DNA of 64,000 nucleotides from a virus: IMG/VR virus record IMGVR_UViG_3300042987_000557, positions 6,502 to 70,501 of that record; one strand, 5' to 3'. Shown piece by piece: positions 62,440 to 64,000 of this stretch (position 1 is its first letter; each line of letters starts with the position of its first letter). The notes under the pieces were generated by a model. It saw only the letters and a program-made list of their open reading frames with translations, ran no database searches and was not told where the DNA came from. The position numbers and the translations under genes were made by a program.

Positions 62440-64000
62440 TTACTTAGCTTCAAGGGCTGCAACTTTGGTCTTTAGCGTCTCAATTTCGCCAATCGCTTCC
62501 TGCAAGGCCTTAGTCAAAATAGCAATCATGTTGCCTTCAGCAATGCCGTAAAAATCCTCTTTGACTGCTGGTGTAACGACATTGCCTTCTTCGTCTTTTA
62601 CTTCCTCTTGGATCGTGCATTCATTGGCTTTGATGATGCTATCAAGGTAAGGCTTATCAGCAAGAACTTGCTGCACCTCTTGAGCAATAAATCCTACCGT
62701 TGGGCATGAACGGTCAAAGTTGTGAACTGGATGTTGCTTCCATTGAAACTGAACTGGATTCAGTGCTTTGACAATATCCAGTGCGCCAGTAAGTGGCGTG
62801 ACGTTTTCTTTGTATCGTCCGTCAGAGGTTGCAATCGTTGCGCTGGTGGCAAAGATTTGACTGTTGACTTGAAGTTTGTATGCGCCGTTTGAAGCGGTGT
62901 AACCGACAAGCAAGTAACCGTCTACGTTGAGACGCATCCGCTCGGCGCCATTGCCACTGTTGGCGGTATTAAACGTTAAATATGCGCTATTAGCATCAGA
63001 ACCTCGCACACCAAGTATTCCTGCGCCACGAAAATTAGTGTTTGTGCTGTCTGAATCAATAAAATTAATTTTGCCTAAAAATTCATCAGCCCCGCCAGTT
63101 TGCTGAGAAGCAAAAACTAAAACACCTCGCCCTGTACCAGTTGACTGAACCACAATATTTGGGCCGCCACCAGAATCTCCGTAAGTAGAGGGCGAGGTAC
63201 TACCAATCCCTACGTTGCCGGAGGAGTCGATCCGCATCCGCTCGGTGTCGTTAGTACCAAATGCCATTGGTGTATTAGCTTGATTCCAAAACGAACTTAA
63301 GGAAGGTCCGCTAGAAATGTATGTGTATCGGGTAGCGTTTGTGTTGTCATACCACTCAAGAGTGGCAATATTGTCAGAACTTCGTCCTCTGAATCGGGCA
63401 ATACTTGCAGAAGTTTGAGCAACAACGTCAAGAGGAACTGCTGGCGAACTCGTCCCAATCCCCACGTTGCCCGACGAATTAACTCTTAACCTCTCCGTCC
63501 CACCCGTACTAATCGCAGCCGTATCCGCAGCAGGGAAGAACACGCCTGTATTGGTGTCGCCTGTGGTGGTGATCGATGGTGCGGAAGCGGTTCCTGCGCT
63601 TGCAACATAAACATCAGTGCTTAAGGTGTTCGTTGTCTTGTTGTACGTCAACCCAGCATCGCCGCCAAAAGATCCTGAGTCGTTGAACTGTACTTGCGTG
63701 TCGCTGCCGCCGGGAGTACCGCCACCCGTGGAAGCAATCGTAATACCACCCGAAGAATTCGTGATGGTGATATTAGAACCGGCTGTAAGAGCAGCTAAAG
63801 AAAATCCCGATCCATTACCAATCAGTAACTGACCATTGGTAGGTGTAGACGTATTACCTGTGCCGCCATTACCAACCCCCAGCGTCCCAGTAATACCTGT
63901 GCTTAAACTGACATTGGTGATCGTGTTGTTAGATCCATTGATCGTTTTATTGGTCAATGTCTCTGATCCAGCCAAGGTAGCTAGCGTACCCGTGGTCGGT
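62440..64000 (-). CDS. Tail fibre protein with C-terminal intramolecular chaperone (peptidase S74); 5' partial
   Basis: Frame open to the window edge; ER(L/M)R..SSGNVGIG repeats; SDGRYKENV...GFIAQEV...LTKALQE. Confidence 0.88.
   Translation of the reverse strand, partial: PTTGTLATLAGSETLTNKTINGSNNTITNVSLSTGITGTLGVGNGGTGNTSTPTNGQLLIGNGSGFSLAALTAGSNITITNSSGGITIASTGGGTPGGSDTQVQFNDSGSFGGDAGLTYNKTTNTLSTDVYVASAGTASAPSITTTGDTNTGVFFPAADTAAISTGGTERLRVNSSGNVGIGTSSPAVPLDVVAQTSASIARFRGRSSDNIATLEWYDNTNATRYTYISSGPSLSSFWNQANTPMAFGTNDTERMRIDSSGNVGIGSTSPSTYGDSGGGPNIVVQSTGTGRGVLVFASQQTGGADEFLGKINFIDSDSTNTNFRGAGILGVRGSDANSAYLTFNTANSGNGAERMRLNVDGYLLVGYTASNGAYKLQVNSQIFATSATIATSDGRYKENVTPLTGALDIVKALNPVQFQWKQHPVHNFDRSCPTVGFIAQEVQQVLADKPYLDSIIKANECTIQEEVKDEEGNVVTPAVKEDFYGIAEGNMIAILTKALQEAIGEIETLKTKVAALEAK

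Noticed and set aside
61343-64000. Diversity-generating retroelement acting on tail fibres
   Set aside because: No reverse transcriptase in the window; differences between the repeat copies are mostly synonymous and not adenine-specific.
1-64000. Prophage with att sites or host genes
   Set aside because: No integrase, no bacterial housekeeping genes, and both window ends lie within one continuous late operon.

Overview
The window is most of a double-stranded DNA tailed phage genome with podovirus-like organisation: I see no tape measure, sheath, integrase or RNA polymerase. It appears to be a circular map opened inside the tail-fibre region. The late/structural genes lie on the minus strand at both ends. 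Positions 1-17.8 kb carry terminase, portal, GroES, scaffold, major capsid, many small basic proteins, adaptors and a methyltransferase-Maf fusion. Positions 42-64 kb carry tail fibres, lysis genes, nozzle, internal proteins and a 2851-aa polyvalent protein. A divergent control region (18-20.5 kb) leads into plus-strand early and replication genes: MoxR AAA / vWA-metallopeptidase / DUF3150, VRR-NUC, PolA, Cas4-like nuclease, SNF2 helicase and primase-helicase. The most striking element is at 31.8-33.45 kb: a stand-alone Cas7/RAMP-like gene, a conserved partner gene, and a 418-bp non-coding array of GGY-NN pentamers cut into 8 units by GGCAGGY. Read as codon positions 1-2, the NN dinucleotides of one unit spell a conserved family-A DNA polymerase motif. 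This suggests an RNA-guided anti-competitor system that uses gapped, wobble-skipping target recognition. A second notable feature is a 27-bp palindrome present nine times, only in the early region. All product calls come from motif recognition by eye; no database searches were run.
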